Positions 17,900 to 26,230 of a stretch of DNA of 64,000 nucleotides are shown piece after piece; position 1 is the stretch's first letter, and every line of letters starts with the position of its first letter. Origin of the DNA: an uncultured bacterium. Lineage in GTDB: Bacteria > Fidelibacterota > Marinisomatia > SCGC-AAA003-L08 > D37C17. Made by a program: the position numbers and the translations under genes. The stretch covers positions 12,387-76,386 of the forward strand of contig CBFHVR010000016.1 in the NCBI GenBank assembly GCA_965659495.1, given 5' to 3'. The notes beneath the pieces are model-generated. The model did no database searches, was not told the DNA's origin, and worked only from the letters and a program-made list of their open reading frames with translations.

Positions 17900-17903
17900 T
17901 AAT

Positions 17904-18500
17904 ATGTTGTCACCAAAAAAACAAAAGTTTTTAGATTTTATTAAATCATTTATTAGCAGAAATGATAGACCACCAACGTTTGTAGAGATAATGAAAGGAC
18001 TGAAATTTAATTCTCTTGGAACAATTAATTGGTATATAGTTCAGCTAGAATCTGAAGGTCTTATTAAGAGAGTTAAAGGTTCTAATGGAAAAAGAGCACT
18101 TTCTGTATTAGAAAAAAATATTGGTAATAAATTACCAATGCTAGGATTAGTCGCTGCCGGAATGCCAATAGAAGTTTTTGATAATGTTGAATATGTTGAT
18201 GTGCCAAGTAAATACATAAATGATGAGAACTATGTGTTAAAAGTTGATGGTAACTCAATGATTGATGATGGAATCTTGGATGGTGATTATATAGTGGTAA
18301 AAAAATCTCAAATAGCAAGAGCTGGTGATACAGTAGTTGCTATTTTAAACGGTGAAGCAACTTTAAAAAAATATTATCTTGGGAAAAATGGAGTAGAATT
18401 ACACCCAAGGAATAGGAAGTATAATACAATATTTGTATCCACAGATGATCAATTGTATATACAAGGACAAGTTTTAGGTGTATTTAGAGAATATAATTAA
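17904..18500 (+). CDS. lexA: LexA repressor (S24 peptidase)
   Basis: N-terminal winged-helix region (PPTFVEIMKGL), cleavage-site region VAAGMP, catalytic GNSM (Ser) and ATLKK (Lys). Confidence 0.9.
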   Translation: MLSPKKQKFLDFIKSFISRNDRPPTFVEIMKGLKFNSLGTINWYIVQLESEGLIKRVKGSNGKRALSVLEKNIGNKLPMLGLVAAGMPIEVFDNVEYVDVPSKYINDENYVLKVDGNSMIDDGILDGDYIVVKKSQIARAGDTVVAILNGEATLKKYYLGKNGVELHPRNRKYNTIFVSTDDQLYIQGQVLGVFREYN

Positions 18501-18512
18501 ATCGGAGAAATA

Positions 18513-19511
18513 ATGGCAGAAAAGAAAAAAATTGATAACTTAAATCTGGTAATTGAACAAATTAAGAAGCAAACTAAAGATCCTAATGCAATAATGAGAT
18601 TAGGAGATAATAAAAAAAATATCAAAAAAATTGATGTTATATCAACTGGGTCGATTTCATTAAATACTGCACTTGGGATTGGAGGATTACCGAAAGGAAG
18701 AATTGTTGAGATATATGGACCAGAATCATCAGGAAAAACGACATTGACATTACATTGTATTGCAGAAGCTCAAAAAAATAAAGGAACAGCAGCATTTATT
18801 GATGTTGAACATGCTCTTGATCCAAAATATGCAAAAAATTTAGGTGTAGATACAAATAATTTATTAATATCACAACCAGATGACGGTGAACAAGCATTAG
18901 AAATAGCAGAAGCATTAATAAGAAGTGGAGAATTAGATATTTTAGTTATTGACTCTGTTGCTGCATTAGTCCCCAAAGCAGAATTAGATGGTGAAATGGG
19001 TGACTCTCATATGGGCTTACATGCAAGACTAATGTCACAAGCAATGAGAAAACTTACGGGTGTAGTTAGTAAATCAAAAACATGTGTTGTATTTATAAAT
19101 CAAATTCGTCATAAAATAGGTATTATGTTTGGTAGTCCTGAAACTACAACTGGTGGTAATGCTTTGAAGTTTTATGCTTCTTTAAGATTAGAAATTAGAA
19201 GAAAAGCTCAATTAAAAGATGGCGAAAGAGTAATTGGTAATAGAACTATGGTAAAAGTAGCCAAAAATAAACTAGCACCTCCATTTACTAAAGTTGAATT
19301 TGATATTATATATGGATTTGGAATTTCTTATGAAGGCGATTTAATTGAAAATGCTCTATCTGGTGATATATTAATTCAATCAGGTTCGTGGTTTTCATAT
19401 GAAAATGAAAAAGTTGCTCAAGGAAGAGAAAATCTAAGATTATTACTTAAAGAAAATCTTACTCTTCGAAAATCTATTGAAACTAAAGTAAAAAAATATT
19501 TAGGTATATAG
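18513..19511 (+). CDS. recA: Recombinase RecA
   Basis: GPESSGKTT Walker [25 protein letters not shown] and [10 protein letters not shown] motifs. Only 12 nt after the lexA stop. Confidence 0.97.
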   Translation: MAEKKKIDNLNLVIEQIKKQTKDPNAIMRLGDNKKNIKKIDVISTGSISLNTALGIGGLPKGRIVEIYGPESSGKTTLTLHCIAEAQKNKGTAAFIDVEHALDPKYAKNLGVDTNNLLISQPDDGEQALEIAEALIRSGELDILVIDSVAALVPKAELDGEMGDSHMGLHARLMSQAMRKLTGVVSKSKTCVVFINQIRHKIGIMFGSPETTTGGNALKFYASLRLEIRRKAQLKDGERVIGNRTMVKVAKNKLAPPFTKVEFDIIYGFGISYEGDLIENALSGDILIQSGSWFSYENEKVAQGRENLRLLLKENLTLRKSIETKVKKYLGI

Positions 19512-19630
19512 TAAATAAGTGATTTATATCAAATTTTATTATATATAATATAATTAACTTGTTCTTGTAAGAAATAAATATATCATATAATCTTCTTCTT
19601 ACTCCTCATTAACCTTGAAATATTGATATA

Positions 19631-19665
19631 AAAGAAACTCCTTAACAGGAGTTTCTTTTATTTTA
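19631..19665 (+). terminator. Rho-independent terminator downstream of recA
   Basis: AAAGAAACTCC (19631-19641), loop TTAACA, GGAGTTTCTTT (19648-19658), then a TTTTATTTT tail. Confidence 0.8.
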
Positions 19666-19714
19666 ATATATGTTTATATTACATTTGTAAAATTAATTGA
19701 ATTAAGGAATAATT

Positions 19715-20095
19715 ATGGTCAACAATATTGTTTTTTTTATTTTTTCAATCAATATACTTATATCTAATAATGATATTAAATTAAGATCAAATTCTAATAA
19801 ATCTATTGTCGATAAGGATTTAATCAAGTGGTCAAAAGAAGATATCAATATTAATAATTCTGATTATCACGATGAAATTAATTATTTAATTGAGAACTTT
19901 AAAAAAGATAGAGCTTTAATCGTTGAAGAGTTTAAAAGAAATGTTAAACCTTATAAAGATATTAAAAATCAAAATTTAAAAGATATTAAATCCTTATATT
20001 CCAAAAAGAGAAGAGAAATAAAAAAGAAATATGGTATTAAAAATAAAAATAATATTTTGCCTAAAAATGAAATTAAGGACTTAAACAATAAGTAG
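19715..20095 (+). CDS. Hypothetical Lys-rich secreted protein
   Basis: 126 aa with a signal-like N-terminus and no recognised motif. Confidence 0.4.
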   Translation: MVNNIVFFIFSINILISNNDIKLRSNSNKSIVDKDLIKWSKEDININNSDYHDEINYLIENFKKDRALIVEEFKRNVKPYKDIKNQNLKDIKSLYSKKRREIKKKYGIKNKNNILPKNEIKDLNNK

Positions 20096-20104
20096 TCCTT
20101 TTTT

Positions 20105-20749
20105 ATGAAGCGTATCGAAAAGGGAATTAAAATTGCTAAAATTTTAGAAGATTTATATCCTAATACTCCTATTCCTTTAACCCACAAAGATTCTTATACT
20201 CTTTTAGTTGCCGTTATGCTATCTGCTCAGACAACTGATAAAAAAGTTAATGAAGTAACTCCGAATTTATTTAAACTAGCAGATAATCCTCATTCCATGT
20301 CAAAGCTAAGTATTAAAAAAATTGAATTTTTAATCAAACAAATTGGTTTAGCTCCTACTAAAGCTAGAAATCTTCATAATTTATCTAAAAAAATAATTGC
20401 TAAAGGAGGTATGCGTCCAGATTGGAATTTTCTTGAACAATTACCTGGTGTTGGTCATAAGACCGCTAGTGTTGTTATGTCTCAATGGTATGGTATACCA
20501 GCATTTCCGGTTGATACTCATATCCATCGTTTAGCTTCAAGATGGGGTTTATCAAAAGCCAAAAATGTTATTATGACGGAAAATGATTTAAAAAAAATAT
20601 GGCCTAAAATCTTATGGAATAAGTTACATCTACAAATTATATTTTTTGGAAGAGAATATTGTCCAGCTAGAAATCATAATATGCTTGAGTGTCCAATTTG
20701 TTCTTGGGCATCAACTCGTAAAAGAATAAAGTTTGAGATGTCTATTTAG
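20105..20749 (+). CDS. nth: Endonuclease III (HhH-GPD DNA glycosylase)
   Basis: LVAVMLSAQTTD, LPGVGHKTASVV (HhH), PVDTHIHR, and a C-terminal Cys cluster CPARNHNMLECPIC. Confidence 0.88.
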   Translation: MKRIEKGIKIAKILEDLYPNTPIPLTHKDSYTLLVAVMLSAQTTDKKVNEVTPNLFKLADNPHSMSKLSIKKIEFLIKQIGLAPTKARNLHNLSKKIIAKGGMRPDWNFLEQLPGVGHKTASVVMSQWYGIPAFPVDTHIHRLASRWGLSKAKNVIMTENDLKKIWPKILWNKLHLQIIFFGREYCPARNHNMLECPICSWASTRKRIKFEMSI

Positions 20750-23622
20750 TCATCTGATAATATTAGATTAACTAATATTACAATATCTAAAACATCAAAA
20801 TTAGTATCACCATTAAGATCTCCAGCCAGGATTTGGCTTGAATTAGGTTCTGAGTTACCAATAATGATATTTATTGCGACAACCAAATCTAGTACATTTA
20901 AGTATGTATCAGTATTTAAATCTCCAATTAAAATTGAATCTGAATAGTAATAACCTGTTTTGTGATTATCACCTCTATATGTATTCCAATAAAAAGCTTC
21001 AGTAGATGTTTCACTTTTAATATCAATAACTGATAAATTTTGACTGGTACCAATAATAACTTCTAAATCATTATCATTATCTAAGTTTGTTATTGTTGGT
21101 GAACTTTCAAATCCTGTACTAAATTGTATAGGGAAATTTTCAAATTGTGTACCATCAATGTTATATACAATTAATTTACCTTCATTAGTTGCTGATATAA
21201 CCTCAGGTATATTATTGTTATCTAAGTCTGCAAAAATAGGCGAAGAGTTTATTTTCTCATTTCCAATATACTGAGGCCAGTTATTTAAATTTTCTCCATT
21301 CCTATCTATCCCATAAAGATAACCATCTTCTGAACCAAAAAATATCATAACTTGATTATTATGTGTTATAAAGCCAGGCTCTGATTTTATATCATTATTT
21401 GTAGGAACGATAAATTTAACTGAACCATCAATATTTAGTCCGTAAAACATTCCTTCTGTATCACCAATTAATATTGTAATATCATCACCAGTATTAAGTA
21501 TTGAAGGAGCTGCTTTAAACTTATCTTGTGAATTGAAAATAGTTTCATAAGTACCATTATCAAAAATAATATGAACTTCTTTATCATTCTCAGTAGCAAC
21601 TACTATATCATCTTTTCCATTACTATTTAAATCATATATAGAAACTCCATTAAGGATTTTAGAGTTTATTTCAACTGGAAAATTATTAACATTGGTACCG
21701 TTGTGGTTAATAGCAAAGACATCTCCTGAATTTGAATAACCAGTAAATACTATTTCAAGATCATCATCATTATCAAGATTAGCCAATGAAGGTGTACCCA
21801 TTAAATATTGATCAGTTTCGTAGTCAAGTTCAATATTTCCATTTTCATCTATTATATAACAATGTTTATTTTTGGAAGTTATTATAAATTCAATTTCACC
21901 GTCATTATCAATATCTGCTGCAGCAGGAGAACCCCAAATTTCTTTACTAGTACCCTCAATCTCTACAGGAAAACCATTTAGTACATTTCCATTATTGTCG
22001 ACCCCATGAAATAAACCATTATCATCACCAAAAAATATTTCAGAGACTAAATCGTCATTAATATCAATTATTGTAGGAGAAGATTTAATTGTTGTTACTG
22101 TATTATATGGATTACCTTGATCATCAATAAGTGTTGTTGTGTAAGGAAACCCCGTTTGATCTAAAGTTGCATTTATTGTTATATCGTACTGATTCTCACT
22201 AGATTCGCCATTACTTGAAGTAGATATAACAGTTAGGTTTAAAATATGATTTGATAGACTGATATCTTCTGATAGTGAAACTAAGAAAGGACTATTATTA
22301 TTTATAAATGATTGGCCAACATTTAAATTATTAAATGACAGATATTCATTAATAATAGATATAGATTCGTCACTTGTAGATAAAATAACATCAGCATTTT
22401 CTGCATCATTCCATGGAACCAAATTTTCTAGTGTTACAAACAATTCAATTACTTCACCTGGATTTGCAACGTTATCACCATCTCCTTGAAATTCGTTATA
22501 TGAATAATCTTGCATTACAACATTTGGATTATCTAGACTTTGAGGCTCTATACCAATCAATGCTCCTTGATCATAATCAAAACCATTTAATGAACTTAAT
22601 AAATAATTTCCATTTTGTGAGCCACCCCATCCAAAATTATTATGAAAGTAATCTCCATCATAACCATCAATATTCCAAGCATGGCAGCCATCAGTATCAC
22701 AACCATCATAATACATTGGCCTATTAGAATCTAATTCATTTTGTAATATATTTCTAAATTGGGAAGAACTATAGCTGCTAGATGATATTTCACTAACATC
22801 ATTTTTAAATATAAAATAATTTCTTAATGCATTACGTGCTCTAGATGTCTGAGAACCAGAACCATCAATACCAAAGTTCATATTTACTGATACAGCACAA
22901 TGATAGAGTAACTCTTGACTTTCCGACGTAGGGTAAGTATTAGCCATTTGACTGTAATCATATACTGATGCTCCAAAGTTAGCATACTGATATCCATATT
23001 GATTATGAGTATATCCATGAGAACCATATCCGACATCAGGGTATGACCAATAATGCATTACTTGAGCCATTGCAACCGCAACACAGCCTACATATACATT
23101 GCCTCCAGGACCATCTTGATCTTCAGGACACATATCATTCCAGGATGAATCTTGATTCCAACGAGACTGAAGTAAAGGAGATACACTTCTATTTTGAACT
23201 TCATATTCTACTGGATTACTATATTTTATCCATTCGTTTTGGATATAATCCCTTTGAGTATTATTACTTTTTTCAATTGTTAATTCTCTTGAATAAAGGT
23301 TAAATAAATAATTAATATTTGATGGATATGAAGAAGATACCTCAAATTCATTATCAAAACTATAACCAAGAATTGGCATAATCAAATTATTAGCTGAGAC
23401 AAGTACAAAACCTCTAGGGTTTAGTTTAAAAACATAAAATATATCTTCATCACCATGATTAATAAGGCTAATCTCACTGAAGTTAAAATCAACTAAATCT
23501 CTTTGATTTTTAGAAAAGAAAAAGTTTTCAGCAATATCTATTGCTTCAGATTGTGATACAGATTCAGAGAAAGAGAAATTCATTAAAATTAATACATTTA
23601 ATATTAATATTGATATTTTCAT
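20746..23622 (-). CDS. Secreted C10 (streptopain-like) cysteine peptidase fused to FG-GAP/VCBS-like repeats and a C-terminal dockerin-like module
   Basis: 958 aa. Signal peptide; propeptide/inhibitor-like N-terminus (SEAIDIAENFF...). RWNQDSSWNDMCPED...YVGCVAVAMAQVMHYWSYP (catalytic Cys context) and CHAWNIDGYDG (His). Repeats of the type ADIDNDGEIEFI, LANLDNDDDLEIVF, ITNLDNDNDLEVIIG. C-terminal GDLNTDTYLNVLDLVVAINIII / GDLNGDTNFDVLDIVILVNLIL (nt 20749-20934). Confidence 0.8.
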   Translation of the reverse strand: MKISILILNVLILMNFSFSESVSQSEAIDIAENFFFSKNQRDLVDFNFSEISLINHGDEDIFYVFKLNPRGFVLVSANNLIMPILGYSFDNEFEVSSSYPSNINYLFNLYSRELTIEKSNNTQRDYIQNEWIKYSNPVEYEVQNRSVSPLLQSRWNQDSSWNDMCPEDQDGPGGNVYVGCVAVAMAQVMHYWSYPDVGYGSHGYTHNQYGYQYANFGASVYDYSQMANTYPTSESQELLYHCAVSVNMNFGIDGSGSQTSRARNALRNYFIFKNDVSEISSSSYSSSQFRNILQNELDSNRPMYYDGCDTDGCHAWNIDGYDGDYFHNNFGWGGSQNGNYLLSSLNGFDYDQGALIGIEPQSLDNPNVVMQDYSYNEFQGDGDNVANPGEVIELFVTLENLVPWNDAENADVILSTSDESISIINEYLSFNNLNVGQSFINNNSPFLVSLSEDISLSNHILNLTVISTSSNGESSENQYDITINATLDQTGFPYTTTLIDDQGNPYNTVTTIKSSPTIIDINDDLVSEIFFGDDNGLFHGVDNNGNVLNGFPVEIEGTSKEIWGSPAAADIDNDGEIEFIITSKNKHCYIIDENGNIELDYETDQYLMGTPSLANLDNDDDLEIVFTGYSNSGDVFAINHNGTNVNNFPVEINSKILNGVSIYDLNSNGKDDIVVATENDKEVHIIFDNGTYETIFNSQDKFKAAPSILNTGDDITILIGDTEGMFYGLNIDGSVKFIVPTNNDIKSEPGFITHNNQVMIFFGSEDGYLYGIDRNGENLNNWPQYIGNEKINSSPIFADLDNNNIPEVISATNEGKLIVYNIDGTQFENFPIQFSTGFESSPTITNLDNDNDLEVIIGTSQNLSVIDIKSETSTEAFYWNTYRGDNHKTGYYYSDSILIGDLNTDTYLNVLDLVVAINIIIGNSEPNSSQILAGDLNGDTNFDVLDIVILVNLILSDD

Positions 23623-23719
23623 AATTACCTTTGTTTTTACGTTTATAAAATTTATCTAATAATTGTTTATAATATATAATAAATTTTGTAACTAATTATA
23701 ACAAACAAAAGATACAAAA

Positions 23720-24199
23720 ATGAATTTTATATCACAAGAATTTAAAACGACACTTTTTTTAAAATTTTTTGGTTTTTTAAAAGTACCTATGATTTATTAT
23801 TGCAATCCAAAAGTAATTAATATATCAAAAGAAAGTGTTGAAATTAAAATTTCATTAAAAAGAAGAACTAAAAACCATGTGGGAAGTATGTATTTTGGTT
23901 CATTATCAGTAGGTGCTGATGTAACTGGTGCTGTTATAGCCCTAGATTTAATTAAAAAATCTAAATTTAAGATTAATTTATTATTTAAAGATTTTAAAGC
24001 AGATTTTTTAAAAAGAGCTGAAGGTGATGTACATTTTATTTGTAATGATGGTAAGCTAATATCTGAAATGATTAAAGAAACTGAGCTATCTAAGAAGAGG
24101 GTAAATAAACCCATTGATATTACGGCATATGTTCCAAGTAAATTAAAAGATACGCCAGTAGCAAAGTTCATTTTAACTCTATCATTAAAAGCTTACTAA
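23720..24199 (+). CDS. Hot-dog fold protein (DUF4442/PaaI-thioesterase-like), tentative
   Basis: 159 aa. KNHVGSMYFGSLSVGADVTG resembles the thioesterase-like hot-dog core. Weak call. Confidence 0.45.
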   Translation: MNFISQEFKTTLFLKFFGFLKVPMIYYCNPKVINISKESVEIKISLKRRTKNHVGSMYFGSLSVGADVTGAVIALDLIKKSKFKINLLFKDFKADFLKRAEGDVHFICNDGKLISEMIKETELSKKRVNKPIDITAYVPSKLKDTPVAKFILTLSLKAY

Positions 24200-24222
24200 C
24201 ATAATAATAATATTTGTAATCA

Positions 24223-26145
24223 TTGAAAAATATCTTCATAAAATTAATTTTAGCTACTAATTTAATATTTTCATATGAATTGATAATTGAACAGGATTTT
24301 GCAAAAATTATTTATAATGATATCGAATATGAAAGCCCTTTTTTAGGTGGATTTAATAAACCTAAAATACAATGGGCAGACTGGAATAAAGATGGTTTTG
24401 TTGACTTATTTCTCCTAGACGAAGATGGGCATATAAGATATTATATAAACGAAAATCAAAATTTTAAATTGCAAACCACTAACTTTTTAAATCTTTCAAA
24501 CATAAATTGGTTTTACATATATGATTTTGATTATGATTTTGAATATGAAATAATCACTTCGAGTTATCTATTTCCAGGGGGAGTATCTTATTTTGATTAT
24601 ATAGATCAAGAGTTGGTGTATATATCTGAGATAGTCAACGAAAATAACAATTATCTAGATATTGATCAATCAATGATACCGACTTTTTCTGATATTGATG
24701 GTGATGAAGATCTAGATTTGTTTTCAGGTAATATTATTGGAACACTAAATTTTTTTGAAAATAAGGGACTAATTAATAATATTCCAGTTTTTAATCTTGA
24801 ATCTAATTATTGGCAGGAAATTTATATAGTTGGACAATCAAGGCATGGAGCTAGTGCAATTAGTTTCATAGACTTAGATAATGATTCTGATCTTGATTTA
24901 TCTTGGGGCGATTATTTCCAACAGAGTCTATATATCATTTGGAATATAGGTGATATATTTAATCCTATTATGGATAATGGTAGCATTATAACACAATTCC
25001 CTTTTAGTAGCCCTGTAAATACTGCTGGATTAAATTTACCATCTTTTGTTGATATAGATAATGATAATGATAATGATTTATTTGTTACAACTTTATCTGG
25101 AGCGTTTGGATATCAATTGACAAATAATTTTATGTATTATGAAAATACAGATAATCAGTATTCTCTTCAAACTAATAACTTTATTGAGACTATTGATTTA
25201 CTATCAGATATAAATCCAAAAATAATAGATATTGATAATGATGGAGATTTAGATTTGTTTATAGGAACAAATTATGACCCAACATCATTTCCATGGATAG
25301 GTAAAATTATTTTTTATGAAAATATGGGTCTTGATTCAGAAAATCATCCGATTTGGAATAATAATGATAATAATAATTTTTTAAATGTAGATTTAGGAAA
25401 TAATTTATTTCCTGAATTTGTTGATATAGATAATGATAGTGACTTTGATTTATTCGTAGGTAATTATAATGGTGTTATCCACTATTTTGAAAATATTGGG
25501 ACAGAGTATAACTACAACTTTCAATACATTGGAATTGTAAATGATATTGATTTACAAGGATATTCAAGTCCAGAATTTATTGATATTGACAGTGATGAAG
25601 ATTATGATTTACTAATTGGTTGCATTGATGGAAGTATATACTTTTATGAAAATATTGGTGATAAATATAATTTTGATTTTTATTTAAGAGATAATATTTT
25701 TAATAATATAAATGTTGATTCTAGATCTACTATTCTATCTATTGATTTCGACTTAGATAATGATTATGATTTATTAATAGGTTCTGGTAATTCAAATATA
25801 TTTTATTATGAAAATTCAGGAAATGAATTTAATCCCCAATTTGAATTAAATAATGATTTTATTTTACCTTATACTGGAAGAAATGTATCTCTTGACTATT
25901 ACAATTCTTGTTCTTATAGTGGAATTGTTAGTGGTATATCAACTGGTGGAATGTATTTTATACCAATAAAAAATAATTTATTTGGAGATATAAATAATGA
26001 TGATATTCTGAATATTTTTGATATTATCATTTTTATCGAGTCAATATTAAAAAATAGCTACAGTGGACTAATTGACCTTAACTCTGATTGTGTAATAGAC
26101 ATATCAGATGCCATTATTTTAATAAACTTGATATTGGACACATAA
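24223..26145 (+). CDS. Secreted FG-GAP/VCBS repeat protein with C-terminal dockerin-like module
   Basis: 640 aa. TTG is the first start after in-frame TAA 24217-24219. About 8 repeats of the type FxDIDNDGDLDLFxG...G.I.YYEN. C-terminal GDINNDDILNIFDIIIFIESIL / DLNSDCVIDISDAIILINLIL (nt 25978-26142). Confidence 0.8.
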   Translation: MKNIFIKLILATNLIFSYELIIEQDFAKIIYNDIEYESPFLGGFNKPKIQWADWNKDGFVDLFLLDEDGHIRYYINENQNFKLQTTNFLNLSNINWFYIYDFDYDFEYEIITSSYLFPGGVSYFDYIDQELVYISEIVNENNNYLDIDQSMIPTFSDIDGDEDLDLFSGNIIGTLNFFENKGLINNIPVFNLESNYWQEIYIVGQSRHGASAISFIDLDNDSDLDLSWGDYFQQSLYIIWNIGDIFNPIMDNGSIITQFPFSSPVNTAGLNLPSFVDIDNDNDNDLFVTTLSGAFGYQLTNNFMYYENTDNQYSLQTNNFIETIDLLSDINPKIIDIDNDGDLDLFIGTNYDPTSFPWIGKIIFYENMGLDSENHPIWNNNDNNNFLNVDLGNNLFPEFVDIDNDSDFDLFVGNYNGVIHYFENIGTEYNYNFQYIGIVNDIDLQGYSSPEFIDIDSDEDYDLLIGCIDGSIYFYENIGDKYNFDFYLRDNIFNNINVDSRSTILSIDFDLDNDYDLLIGSGNSNIFYYENSGNEFNPQFELNNDFILPYTGRNVSLDYYNSCSYSGIVSGISTGGMYFIPIKNNLFGDINNDDILNIFDIIIFIESILKNSYSGLIDLNSDCVIDISDAIILINLILDT

Positions 26146-26230
26146 TCGATGTAACACGATGTAAGTGTGACTTATATCTCATTGAATTATGTTTGTTTAT
26201 TAGTAAGTTAGATGTGAACTTTAAATTAAT

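Noticed and set aside
19575-19601. Eight-codon minus-strand ORF (MRSKKKII) in the recA 3' region as a leader or micro-peptide
   Set aside because: It is too short, has no convincing RBS or conservation evidence, and is indistinguishable from chance in AT-rich DNA.
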